Shown here: in pieces, positions 10,921-22,900 of the stretch
Numbering within the stretch: position 1 is the stretch's first letter
Layout: each line of letters starts with the position of its first letter
NCBI GenBank assembly: GCA_026770705.1
Contig: JANJGN010000032.1
Span: forward strand, 18,600,001 to 18,664,000
DNA from: Isurus oxyrinchus
Taxonomy: Eukaryota
Direction: 5' to 3'
Length of the DNA stretch: 64,000 nt
Notes under the pieces: model-generated
The model's database searches: none
The model's input: only the letters and a program-made list of their open reading frames with translations
Told to the model about the DNA's origin: nothing
Program-made: the position numbers and the translations under genes

Positions 10921-13900
10921 ACATCCCACCATTCAGGTCAACCCTATTCGCTTTTATACTTTATCTACTGTGTATCACTCATGGTAACATGTGGAAAATA
11001 ACTGAAACTGGGGAGACCCAGCAGGGAAGTATTGACACCAAGATGGCCATTTAAACAGTAAGCATATTGTGCCTTCCCTCTGTAAAATCTAATCTTGCTT
11101 CATTATAATTTAAGTTCTGACACAAAGGCATTGTGATTTGTGCACATTGTTACACGAATTGTGTGCTTGGGCTTAGCTCTCAAAGTTAAATGCTCCGGGA
11201 GGTACTGATAGGGATGGTAGAGGGAGCTTCTGTCAGAGTGCTGGCTTGTGTGCCTTTTAAAGTATATTTAAGAGCAGCATCGACAGAAGTTTGGCATCAA
11301 GCCACTGTTTCTTGGAGGAGTTTCCTGAGGGAGGGTGGGTGATGAAGAAAATGCAAATCTGTAAGATGAGAAATGAAAGCAGAAAATGCTGGAAAAACTC
11401 AGGTCAGGCTGCATCTATGAAAAGAGAAACAATTAAAGTTTCAGGTCAATCAGTTAGTAGAATAGCTTAGTGTTTAGATTTGGCAACTGTGTGTTCATTC
11501 TGTAGTCTTGACCAATCAAGTGGCAGAAAAGAGACCAGTGGAATTGATGCCTAAGACACCCAGATGCCTTGTTGGCCTTCCAGGCAAAAACCTGTGCAAC
11601 ACCTCTCCAATCATCAACTACTATTAAACATCTGTGAATGCTGAGGGTACACATACATGTGATTAGTTTCACTACACTACTTGTTACCTGATAGAAAAGT
11701 AATTTACCATCGTTTTGCTTAGATATTGTATGCTGAGTAATACACCACAAAACATGGCACACTAAATAATTGTTTGGTTTCTTGGCAGAAATGAATGTCT
11801 CACTCAAAAGGCTCGACCCATAAAGCCAACTGTGGCCAACAAAGAAAACCATCCAAGATTAGTGAGGCCAGAGAAAGCTGCTATGAGTGGCAGTAGACTA
11901 CCAATACCAGTGAAAAAGTTGAAAATAAAATCTGTTCCAGACTTCAAAAAGTTGCATCAAAATTGGGATCAAAAATTCCAGAAGGTAAGGTTGTTATCCA
12001 GCACACATGGCATTGCTATGCATTGGAGAGCTTGCTGACCTTTAATATAAGATTGGGCAAAGTTCTGCATTGCAATATCAGGACAGTGAGAGATGTTTCT
12101 GTACAGATTAAACAGGTTGGGACTCTTTTCTCTAGAAAAGAGAAGACTTAAGGGGCGAGCTGATAGAGGCCTTTAAGCTAATGAAAGCATTTGATAAGGT
12201 AGAAGTAGAGAAGATGTTTACACATGGGAGAGACTAGAAGTAGGGTGGTCATCAATATAACATAGTCACCAATAAATGTAATAGGAAAATTCAAGAGAAA
12301 ATTATTTATCTAGGGAGTGATGAGAACATGGAACTCATTGCCACAAGGAGTAGTTGAGGTGAATAGCATAGACGGATCTAAGGGGAAGCTAGCTAACCAT
12401 GTGAGGGAGAAAGGAATAGAGGATATGCTGATAGAATTAGATGAAGAGGAGTGGGAGGAGGCTCATGTGGAACATGACCTATTGAAAGCAGAAAATGCTG
12501 GAAAAACTCAGGTCAGGCTGCATCTATGGAAAGAGAAACAATTAAAGTTTCAGGTCAATCAGTTAGTAGAATAGTTTAGTGTTTAGATCTGGCAACCTGT
12601 GGCATAGACCTATTGGGCTAAACACCCTGGGCAGAATCATCCCAGATTTGCACAAAGTGCGATAATGGGCAGGAAAAAGGACGTTTTGCCCGCCGGCAGC
12701 AATTTAGGCTTTTCACGCCATATAATCCCATTTCCGGCGCATCCCACTTCAATAATGCATTCCTGGGAAATACGCCAGACCACTGGCAGGACGGCCTCTG
12801 ATTTTCCCGCCCTGCCATCACCTCAGGCTGTCAGTAATCCAGGCGCCAGGTCACAGCTTGGGCCTCGTTGTACTGTTTTTGTGTTGCAGTCTGAGGCTGC
12901 TGCATAGGCATCATCAGCCACGTCCTCTGTGGATAGCTCTTGTCTTTGAGGAGCCAACCCTGCAGCCTCTGTGCACCCTGGAAGATGTCAGGGATCATGA
13001 GACCTGCTAAAGATGTAGGAGTCATGGACGCTCCCTGGGAACTGTGCGCAGACCTGTAGGATGAGTTTGTGGTGGTAGGACACCAGCTGAACATTCAGCA
13101 AGTGGTTGACATAGTTGACTGCTTGTTACCAACACATGAGTGCATTTGATGGCATCCTGCACCTGTGGAAGACCAGAGATCTGTGCAAATTCCACTGCTC
13201 TTCCTGGCTTTGTTGATCCCGGGTGAAATGCACAAAGTTCTGTGCCTTCGCGAAGATGGCATCTGTGACCTCCTCAATACACTTGTGCGTGGAGGCTTGT
13301 GAGATCCTGCACAGGTCACCTGTTCAGCCCTGGAAGGAGCCACTGATGTAAAAATTGAGTGCCGCGGTCACTTTCACGGCCACTGGCAGTGGATGCCCTG
13401 CATGCCCAGTGGTGCCAAATCCTGCAGCAGGTGGCATATGTGACCAACCAGTTCCCTAGACATGTGCAGTTTTCGGCAATACCGGTTCTCAGTCATATGC
13501 AGGAATGACAGACGCCGTCTGTAGACCCTGGGTCTAGCGAGGTGTCTACGAGCGATGGCTCTCTGTGGATCTTCAGCTGTGTGTGCAGCAGGCTGCCCCT
13601 CACCTTCATCTTGAGGGAAGTGATCCTCCCTTTGCCAAGCCAAAAGCCTCCGTCGTACTCTTCTCCTTGTTCTCTGCTCCCTGTAAGCCATGAGGCATAC
13701 CACTAACTCACCAGGCTCCATGATCCTGATGTTCTCTTCCTCTAGGATCAAAGAGAGAGACATGTGGGTTAGCATATGTGTCCCAAGAATCTCTCTTGGT
13801 TAAGTCTGAAGGCACTTTCATGCATACAGAAGAGTGTTGGCCACCACTTAGATCGCCAGTGTATATAGTGCGCTCATTGGCTGTCTGAAACCCCACCCAC

Positions 13901-16900
13901 CTCTGCCCCACTCTGTGGGGGGATGATTCCAACAAGCAGGGCTTATAATTAGATGCAAATGTATTAAAATAACGTTCCCAATGTGCAGCGGTGGGAAACG
14001 CGGCCCGCCGTTGATGGGTGGAGCGGATGATCGCAAACTGGTTTCATGACGGTGTAAAACCGATTTTTGGCCTTCCCAGCATATTGTTCCCACCCACCCT
14101 GATGCCTGACGGCAATGGAGCTGGAAAATTCCAGCCCTGTTTCTGTGCTGTAAACATGATGTAAAGGAAAATGAACCTCTTGATGAATTAATTTTTACTT
14201 TAGTTCCCCAATTGTGCCTAAGAGAAAAGATTGAATGATCATCTCCTGAACCTGAGGGATCATTGAATTTTGGCAATCAGTCACTCTGAGGGGTTCTGGT
14301 CACACTGTTCTGTAGTAGCAAAACTTGAACAATTTTTTAGCGTTATCCCAAACTTCAGGTGCTCCAACCAGTTCATTTTGCATACAAATCAGAGATAATT
14401 TTATGACTTGGTGCTCCTGGTGTGGAACTACGCTTGTTGAGAGCGCCTATCACCTGAACAACTGTTTGGGAATCCAGGCACATGCATCACCCAATGTACT
14501 CTTGGTGGGTGTAGATCCCCACCATAAAGGCAAAATTGGGAAAGCTACCCCAAAGAAGCATGAAAAGGCAGGTAATTGCATCCCTCTTTCAGCAAGCTTT
14601 TCTGTGGCACTGGCTGTACTGTAATTGATCCATGTGACCAAACCAGCAATGATCGTAGTTTATTTCACTATATGTTGTCTTGGGAAATGTATTCTGAATA
14701 TGCCATTTCTGTATATATTTTTCATTTTGTGTTCAAAGTGAGGGCTATTGGACCTGAGAATGACAATTAAAATTCCACTTTGACTTCACCGTGTTGTGAT
14801 TGAGCACTCCAAGATCAAATCCAGAATGATGTGCCTCTTATACACCTATGTGAATATCACACACCAATCATCCTTCCGGTTGTGACTGCTTAGTGAAATT
14901 GTTATAGAACTTTTATGCTCTCGTCTATATCCAATGAGAGCTAGGTGTACATTGCCTCAAACTCCCATACAACTTTAGGTGGATTTTCATCTCCAAGCCA
15001 GGTTGGGTCAGAAGTGAATAGATAGTCTGTGTCAGCTGTGGCTCAGTTGGTAGCACATTTGCCTGTGAATCACAAAGTTGTGGGTTCAAATTCCAATGCT
15101 TGAGCACAAAAATCAAGGCTGACACTCCAGTGCAGTATTGAGGGAGCATTGCACTGTCAGAGGTGCCATCTTTCGAATGAGATGTTAAACTGAGACCTCC
15201 ATCTACCGGCTCAGGTGGATGTAAAAGATCTCATGCCGCTATTTCAAAAAGCAGCAGAGTTATTACCAGTGTCCTGGCCAACCTTTATCCTCAATCACCA
15301 TCACTAAAACAGATTTTCACATTGCTAATGGTGGGAGTTTGCTGAGTGCAAATTACCTGCTGTGTTTCATACATTACATTTCAAAAAATACTTTGGCTGT
15401 AAAGCACTTTGAGATGTTCGGTGGTCGTGAAAAGTGCTATATAAGTGCAAGTCTTTATATGTCTATTTTTAACCAACTAAGTTACTCAGCCTCCATAAAT
15501 GAAAGCAATATCACTACATTTCAAACTATGTAATTTGATTTCACAAGCCCAACATCAGCAGAGATTGAACTTGAGGTGCTGCAGACTTCCACAGGTACTG
15601 GCTTATAAAATTTCATGTAGCTCTCTTCAACTACAAGATTTTCTAAAATACCCATCAGTTTATTGAATACCATATTGTGAGATTAAGTGCTATGTTTTGG
15701 CATCAATTCAAAATAAAATTGTTAAAGTACTAATCTCAAAGCACCTATTAGGCAAATGTTTTGCGCTTTCCTAGTTGGGTAACTCAAGAGACACTAATGG
15801 AAGCTGTGTGAATGAATTTTGGTCATGCATAGTTGCAAACTGTAATGATCTCAAAAGGGACTTCAGTCATTATTAAAACCAGTTATAGAATTTAATCACC
15901 CTCTCAGACTAATTGCTTCTTCTGTTGTGCTCAGAAGAGAATTGTAAAAGTCCAGTGTATTAGTCAGACCTATGACTTGTACCATGCAGTCAGGAAAAAC
16001 TTCCTTTTTACCAATTTTATCCTCAAGGCTCATGATAGCTAGAGGTTCCATGGCTGCCAATATCCTTCTGATACCTCAAGTAGGTAGCCATTTAAGTGTG
16101 AAGCTAAGCAGGGGTAGGAAGTTGTTTGAACATGGGAAGGAAAAAACAATCATAACCAATCTTGTCCTGGTGTTGATACCGGCACACACACTTTCCAGCA
16201 GGAGTGGGAGCCCTGTCATGTCTCTCCATCAGCCCCTAGATATGGAGATGCAATGTAGCACACCCAACGCTATCCTAGCTGGGTTAGCTAACTGAACAAA
16301 GATGGCAAGGGATATCATTTAGGGCTTTTTTAAATTGTTTTGTGAATTGCTGCACCCCATGCTTTTCAGGTAATTTTAAAAATTTGCAATGTGTTTTACA
16401 GTAATTAAGTTGACATGGAGCTGGCTTGTGTTCATTGTTCTGATTCACTAGGTTGAATTTAGTACAAATGAGAAATAATTCCAACAGTTGTTTTGTAGTA
16501 CAGAACTTGAATATTGCTGAATATTATTATTGTGATCATTTGAAATTTGGCATTCTTGCATTTGTCCTGATGAGCGCAAGATGAAAAGCTTTGGCACCGT
16601 GTCTCGCTTTTCAGAAAAATGATTCCTAAACAAAACCTTGTAAAATGAGACATTTTAGATTTTACTCTTAAAAAGTTTATTGCTATGTAGCTAATTCAAC
16701 ACATTTCAGAACCTTTATAACTAGATGCTCTCCTCCAGCACTCAAAACTGTTTTCCTGAGTTAGCTCTACTCCAGTCCAAGCCACATATTTGTTTACTGG
16801 ATTTCAAGACTATTTCAGAAAATATCACTGTCCATTAACGATGGGAAATTCCTCCCCAATTATGATTGCTTAACATGTGCCTGACTGAGTCTGAAATTGA

Positions 16901-19900
16901 CAAATTGAATCATTCATTTCTTGCTAAACAGCACTGAATTGAGTAAACTTGCATTGCCAGTGTCTTTGTTTGTCATGTTTTAATTTGAATGTTTTTATTC
17001 CAAAGGCAGTTGATCACATCTTGGATATTATTGTTTTATATCATTTTAGAAACAAGCAATTGCCAAAAAGGCCTGCACGCAGCCAGTTCCGTTTAACTTT
17101 GGAACATCCAGAGGATCCAAGTCAACTCTGTTGATGAGCACAGATCAAAATATACAAGTGATTTCTGTGGTAACCAGGAAAGAGTCAGCTGAATCCGAGG
17201 AAAGTTATCCAGTTCATGCCAAGTGTGTGATGGCAGCTAAAGATCAGGCTGCAGTTGAATCAAAACCAACCCAGAACCCAGCTCACCAAGAGTGCAGAGA
17301 CTTGGCTCCTAGCATTGCAACCCTGAAACTTGACCAAAATGAGGTGGTGAACAAAGAAAATTAGTAAGTATAAAATTAGTTTCACTCTCTTCCTGCCCCC
17401 ATTGTGAAAGAAGGAAAAGGGCTGGTAAAGTAAATCAAATATAAAGGAACCTATATAAAGTTGGATAACGAATCAGAGTTTCATAAAAGATTTTTTTACT
17501 AATTATGTATGCTCACTTTTTTAAGTGAGGTTAAGGTGTAAAATGATGTACAAGGCTGGCTGATGATGAAATGGCTGGAATGTTGCACTGTGACATATTG
17601 TTCTTCTTCCAAATACTTCTACTCATCATGGGGGTCAGTTAGCTTGGTTGGCTAGAGGGTGGAGCAGGATGACGCCAATGGTGCAGGTTCAATCCCTGGA
17701 TTGGCTGTGGTAGTTCATGGAGGGCAGCCTCCTTGCCTTGCCCCACACTTGATGTGAAGTGGTGCCTGTCAAGCTATATAACCACTTGCCTCTCTCTAAC
17801 AGAGAGATTCCTATGGTCCCTTGTGGACTATGGTTAATTACCATCTACTCACTGAACAGGCTAGCTGAAATGTGGTTAACAAGAGACAAAGTGCCAATTC
17901 ACAAACTATTAGAGCAATATAATTTTGTGAAAATACAAATAGGAACTGTCATCTGTTATAAAAAGTCTTGGAGGTTGATAACTGTTTCCCAGTCTGCAGC
18001 ATTTACCTCTGTTTTTTTCTTGATTTATTGACTGAGACATTACTTGAAGGATTTTCAATTAACCTCCTTTATTTTTTACAAGTGAGCCTGAGCAGGTAAC
18101 CTGTTCCTTAGCTAATAGTTGGAGAATGGAATCCATTGTTTTCTAATTATGCAATTGGGAAAGAGGTGATGTATATATCAAATTTTCTTGAATCTGTTTT
18201 AAGCTGCCAGCATTATACACTTATTAAGATTGTGTTTACTCAACACTGAAATCGTTCTAAATTTATACTACAAACTCATATTGTTCTAATCTCCCCTAGT
18301 TGGTTGTTGTATGAAAAGTATTTTTAAGTGTTGAATCCTCAAGTCATCAATAGTATTCAATGATCTTGAACTTCTGTTCTGTCTTACGGTTTAGTGCTTA
18401 TGGTAATAATGTAGATTCACTATTTTTATCTGTCTCCAGCTTTGTTCCTTGGCAGGCAAATGCCACTCCAAGTAAAACTAAGACCTTCTACATCCAGAGC
18501 TCAGCACCTGAGATCAAACTGCCTTCGCCACCAGAAAAAGCAAAAATAGAGATCGTACAGAATGAGAACATTAAACCAAATACAGGTGCTTGGAATAAAT
18601 CCTTCGATGCAATCTTAGAGGGTAGAATGCGTGTGGGGGCATGTGCAATCAATGTTCTGTTTTAGATGAGTGAATGTGAGCCAGTTGACTCAATCAACCC
18701 AAATATACAAAACCAAAGCCCAGTTTGACTAAAGTATGCAGATTGCTTGTCTCTCTATGTTAAAACATTGCTAAAATCACATATGTTGGTAGTGTGGAGA
18801 GAAGAACTATGGAAGCTTTACCCTATCCTTATGCCTGTGACCTCCCTTGAGTCACAAAACACATCTTTAGTAAAAGATAAAAATGGCTTTACCGTGCAGC
18901 TGCCTTTAGGAAAAGCAGAGCTACTGCTTTCTGGTAATTGTCAGTGTTGTTCCCTTCTTACTTGACTGAAGGTGTGGCCATTTTCTCTTTCTGTTCTGCA
19001 GGAAAAAAGGGGAAAATGGTTCAAGGTTATTGGTGAGTTTAAGCATAAGATCCATTCTTGTGGTAAATGGAAAGATGGAGCAAGATTGTAAAATTGAAGG
19101 CTGTAACGTATTTAGAATAATAATATAGATTAAAATGGAGGGTGTGTTAACACTTCATTTCAATCCAGATCAAAGATTGACTTCAGTTGGCAGAATGTCT
19201 ATCCCATTTCAAGTCTTTCAGTCTCATGGACTGCAATGTAGCCCTGGGAACTAGATGAGTTGAACATTGTCTGAAACTTGAAAACTTGTGACTCGTTCTC
19301 TACAAACTTTTCTTTATTTCTAATAAATAGTAAAATGTCCCAAAACAAATGCAATACCATGGTTTGGGATGTTCACTTGAAATCTTTGAATTGGCATGCT
19401 TTGCACAGATAACTAACCAAAGAGAACACGATAAAACCACTTGTACAGTGAGTAAAGAAATTTAGATAGTAAAAGATCTAGTGGAGAATTTCCATGCCAT
19501 TTTGACATAATTTCAGTGCATAATCGGGACAAGGCAGGACAATGGGGCAGATGATGTTTCTGCCTCACACTTGATCTTTTTCCCACATGCTAATTCCCGT
19601 GAGCTTTTTGGCCCTTTCCACGATGTGTCAGCCAAATCCCAATAGACCTAGTTTTCATATGCAGGAACAGTGTCTCAAAACCAGCAACCTTGGGACTGAG
19701 GCCATACCGGATTCAGATCTTTCTAGATTTGGGGTTGGTTTGATTCAGGCCATGGGTGATCTGGGCCAAACCGGGTAGGGAGGGATCAAGGGTTGCTTGG
19801 AGTGCGGGAATAGATCAGCACGCAAAGCAGCAAAGCTGATAACTAATCAGGCCCCACACTGCGCCAATGTAGTGCCTAGCCAAATTGTCCAGGTAAGTTT

Positions 19901-22900
19901 TTTTTTAAAATATATTTTTCAATTAAAATTGATATATGGCACATGATAAAAATGCCTGGTTTTCGGACAGCTCCGGTTTTTGGACAGCTGCATTTGAAAC
20001 ACTGTACTGTATTAAAATGAGGGTCATTGGCACTGCAGCACCCAGTTTCCTGCTTTTACACTCAAAGTACTTGAGGTAAGTTAAATCGAGAATTCACCTG
20101 GACTTGCTTCTGTTAGGATGAGACCACCAGGAAATTTTCACTCTCCTTCCCACAGTGAGGGTTTCTCAGGTGCACTGTGGGTAACATTCTCGCCTCTTGA
20201 GTCAGAAGGTTGTAGGTGCAAATTCCAGAGACTTGAGCACAAAATCTAGGCTGATACTCCAGTGCACAGAGTGACTGTGGGAGTACTGCATTGGCAGAGG
20301 TGCCATCTTTTGGTGAGATATTAAACCAAGTCCCTGTCTGTTCTCTCATGTGGACATGAGAGAGCCTGTGGCACTATTTCAAAGAACAGCAGGGGAGTTC
20401 TCCTCTATCCTGGCCAATATTTCTCTCTCAACCAACATTACCAGAAACAGATTAGCTGGTCATTATCACGTTGCTGTATGCAACTTGGCTACTGTGTTTT
20501 TTGCATTACATCAGTGACTGCAAAAGTGTTTCATTCATTCACTGCCTCCAGGTGGAATGACTGAGATTTATGGCAGATTTGCTCAAGGCGGGCTTACTGG
20601 TAAAATTGCGGCATTTTGTTCACTGCCTATGTGCAATGCCCTGCTGCTTTGTTTGGCTGCATGCAACTTCTGCTCCTATGGTAGATATTCTTGAAAAGTG
20701 GCGCAAACAGATTAGTGAAATACAAGTCAAGTGGTCCCTCGTCTCAGATTTTCACAAAGATGGAACACCATGTTAGCTTGGACTTATTCTTCATTCACAG
20801 ATGGATGCCAGTTTCCATCTGCAAAAAATCTTCTGTGAACCCAAATTTTCCAATTCACTGCCATGTGTGGGGTATCATAACATGTCTTGGCTAACAACTA
20901 ATCCCTAATCACAGTATGGAGAATCGGTGAAATGTTCATTGTGTCCTCCCATTACTTCTGTAGGTGGAAAATAATTTAACCAATGTGTAAAGACTAAAAC
21001 TACTTTCAATCAAACAATCCTCTTTGGTGGACCCTCAAAAAGTGATATTGTGCATGTATGACAAATTTCATGTTTCTGAAGGAGTTTGAATGCATCATCA
21101 GATCTAGAGCTGTGCTGTATGTCATTGGACATTTTTCATGCTCTTTTAAACTTCTTTTAAATGCTGAATAGTTCACCAAATGTAAAATCTGTTCATCATC
21201 TGAATACTGTTGTTTCCCACGTGCATTTCCCTTTTGCATTTATTATGCAATTTCTTATTTTCTTTAAATAATGCAAGATTAGGAGCAGCTCCCATCATCA
21301 TCAAGCATATGAACATTTGCAAAGTTGTTTGCAGCAAGCATATTTTACAGGTCGCTTTCCACATGCTGAATCTGCCATTTTATAACTTAGAAGGTATCGG
21401 TTTCTATGTTTAACCCCAGCTATTTTAAAATCTACAAATTTTCCAATTCAAGAACAAGAACAAAGAAAGAAAAGTACAGCACAGGAACTGGCCCTTCGGC
21501 CCTCCAAGCCTGCGCCGATCATATTGCCCATCAACTAAAACGTTTTGCACTTCCGGGGTCTATATCCCTCTATTCCCATCCTATTCATGTATTTGTCAAG
21601 CTGCCTCTTAAACACCACTATTGTACCTGCTTCCACCACCTCCTCTGGCAGCAAATTCCAGATACTTAGTACCCTCTGCGTAAAAAAAACTTGCCCTGCA
21701 CATCTCCTCTATAGTTTTCTCCTCTCACCTTAAATCTATGTCCCCTAGTAATTGACTCTTCCACCCTGGGAAAAAACTTCTGATTATCTATTCTGTCCAT
21801 GCCACTCATAATTTTGTAAACTTCTATCAAGTCGCCCCTCAATCTCCGTCGCTCTGGTGAGAACAATCCGAGTTTCTCCAACCTCTCCTCATAGCTAATA
21901 ACCTCCAGACCAGGCAGCATCCTGGTAAACCTCCTCTGCACCCTCTCCAACGCCTCCATATCCTTCTGATAATGTGGCGACCAGAATTGCACGCAATATT
22001 CCAAGTGTGGCCTAACCAAGGTTCTATACAGCTGCAGCATGACTTCCCAGCTTTTATACTCAATACCCCTACCAATGAATGCAAGCATGCCATATGCCTT
22101 CCTGACTACCTTATCCACCTGCGTTGCCACTTTTAGTGACCTGTGGACCTGTACACCCAGATCCCTCTGCCCGTCAATGCACAAGGGTTCTGCCACTCAG
22201 AAACATCTGGATAAAATTAGGTTATTTATACAAATGGCCATTTATGCTGCAGATTCATATATTCTGTAATAATTTTACAATGGAAGTTAAGCACATTGGA
22301 ATTCTCCCAACAAAGGGACAAAATGTATTCCTAACTGTTTTATATTATGTTTCTATGTAGGCAGTGAGTTTGATATTCTTTTGAGCCTCTTGAATTACAA
22401 CATGTGGCGTTGTGCTCATATACTACATTTTTAAGGTGATGTAACATTTGTGTGTAGTGTTTCCATCAGAGGAGATCTAAAATAACTATTTTTCTGTACA
22501 ATTGTAGGCAATAGTGATGAAGATTTTGAGAGTAATCCAATGGCTCTGCAGAGCATCCTATCGAATGTTGGAATTAATGCTTTTAATGTTATCAATGGCA
22601 AACTCAGCCTGGCACACACACTATCTATGAAAACGAATATCCAAAATTATAAGCCGTCTAACCTAAATCCAGGTATTTTCCCCATAGAGCATTTTTAACA
22701 ACTTTGAAATTATTTCAAACTGAAAACATTGTTTAGATTGGAAGCTGTGAAGAGACCATGGCTGTAGGTTTTATTTTATTGTCTGGATTTTCTTGGTGTA
22801 GGTAATAACGATGGTATGGCACTGCGGAATGCCCCATCGACTCTTGATGACGAGAATACTTTCAGCAACCCCTCTGGCAAACCTAGCATGGCAATGCGAG

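Noticed and set aside
10348-10924. Minus-strand ORFs in the CpG island as a divergent gene
   Set aside because: No recognisable protein and no consistent downstream exons; expected by chance in GC-rich DNA
15036-15100. tRNA gene
   Set aside because: A/B boxes are the head of a SINE; no complete cloverleaf, and it runs into the Deu core
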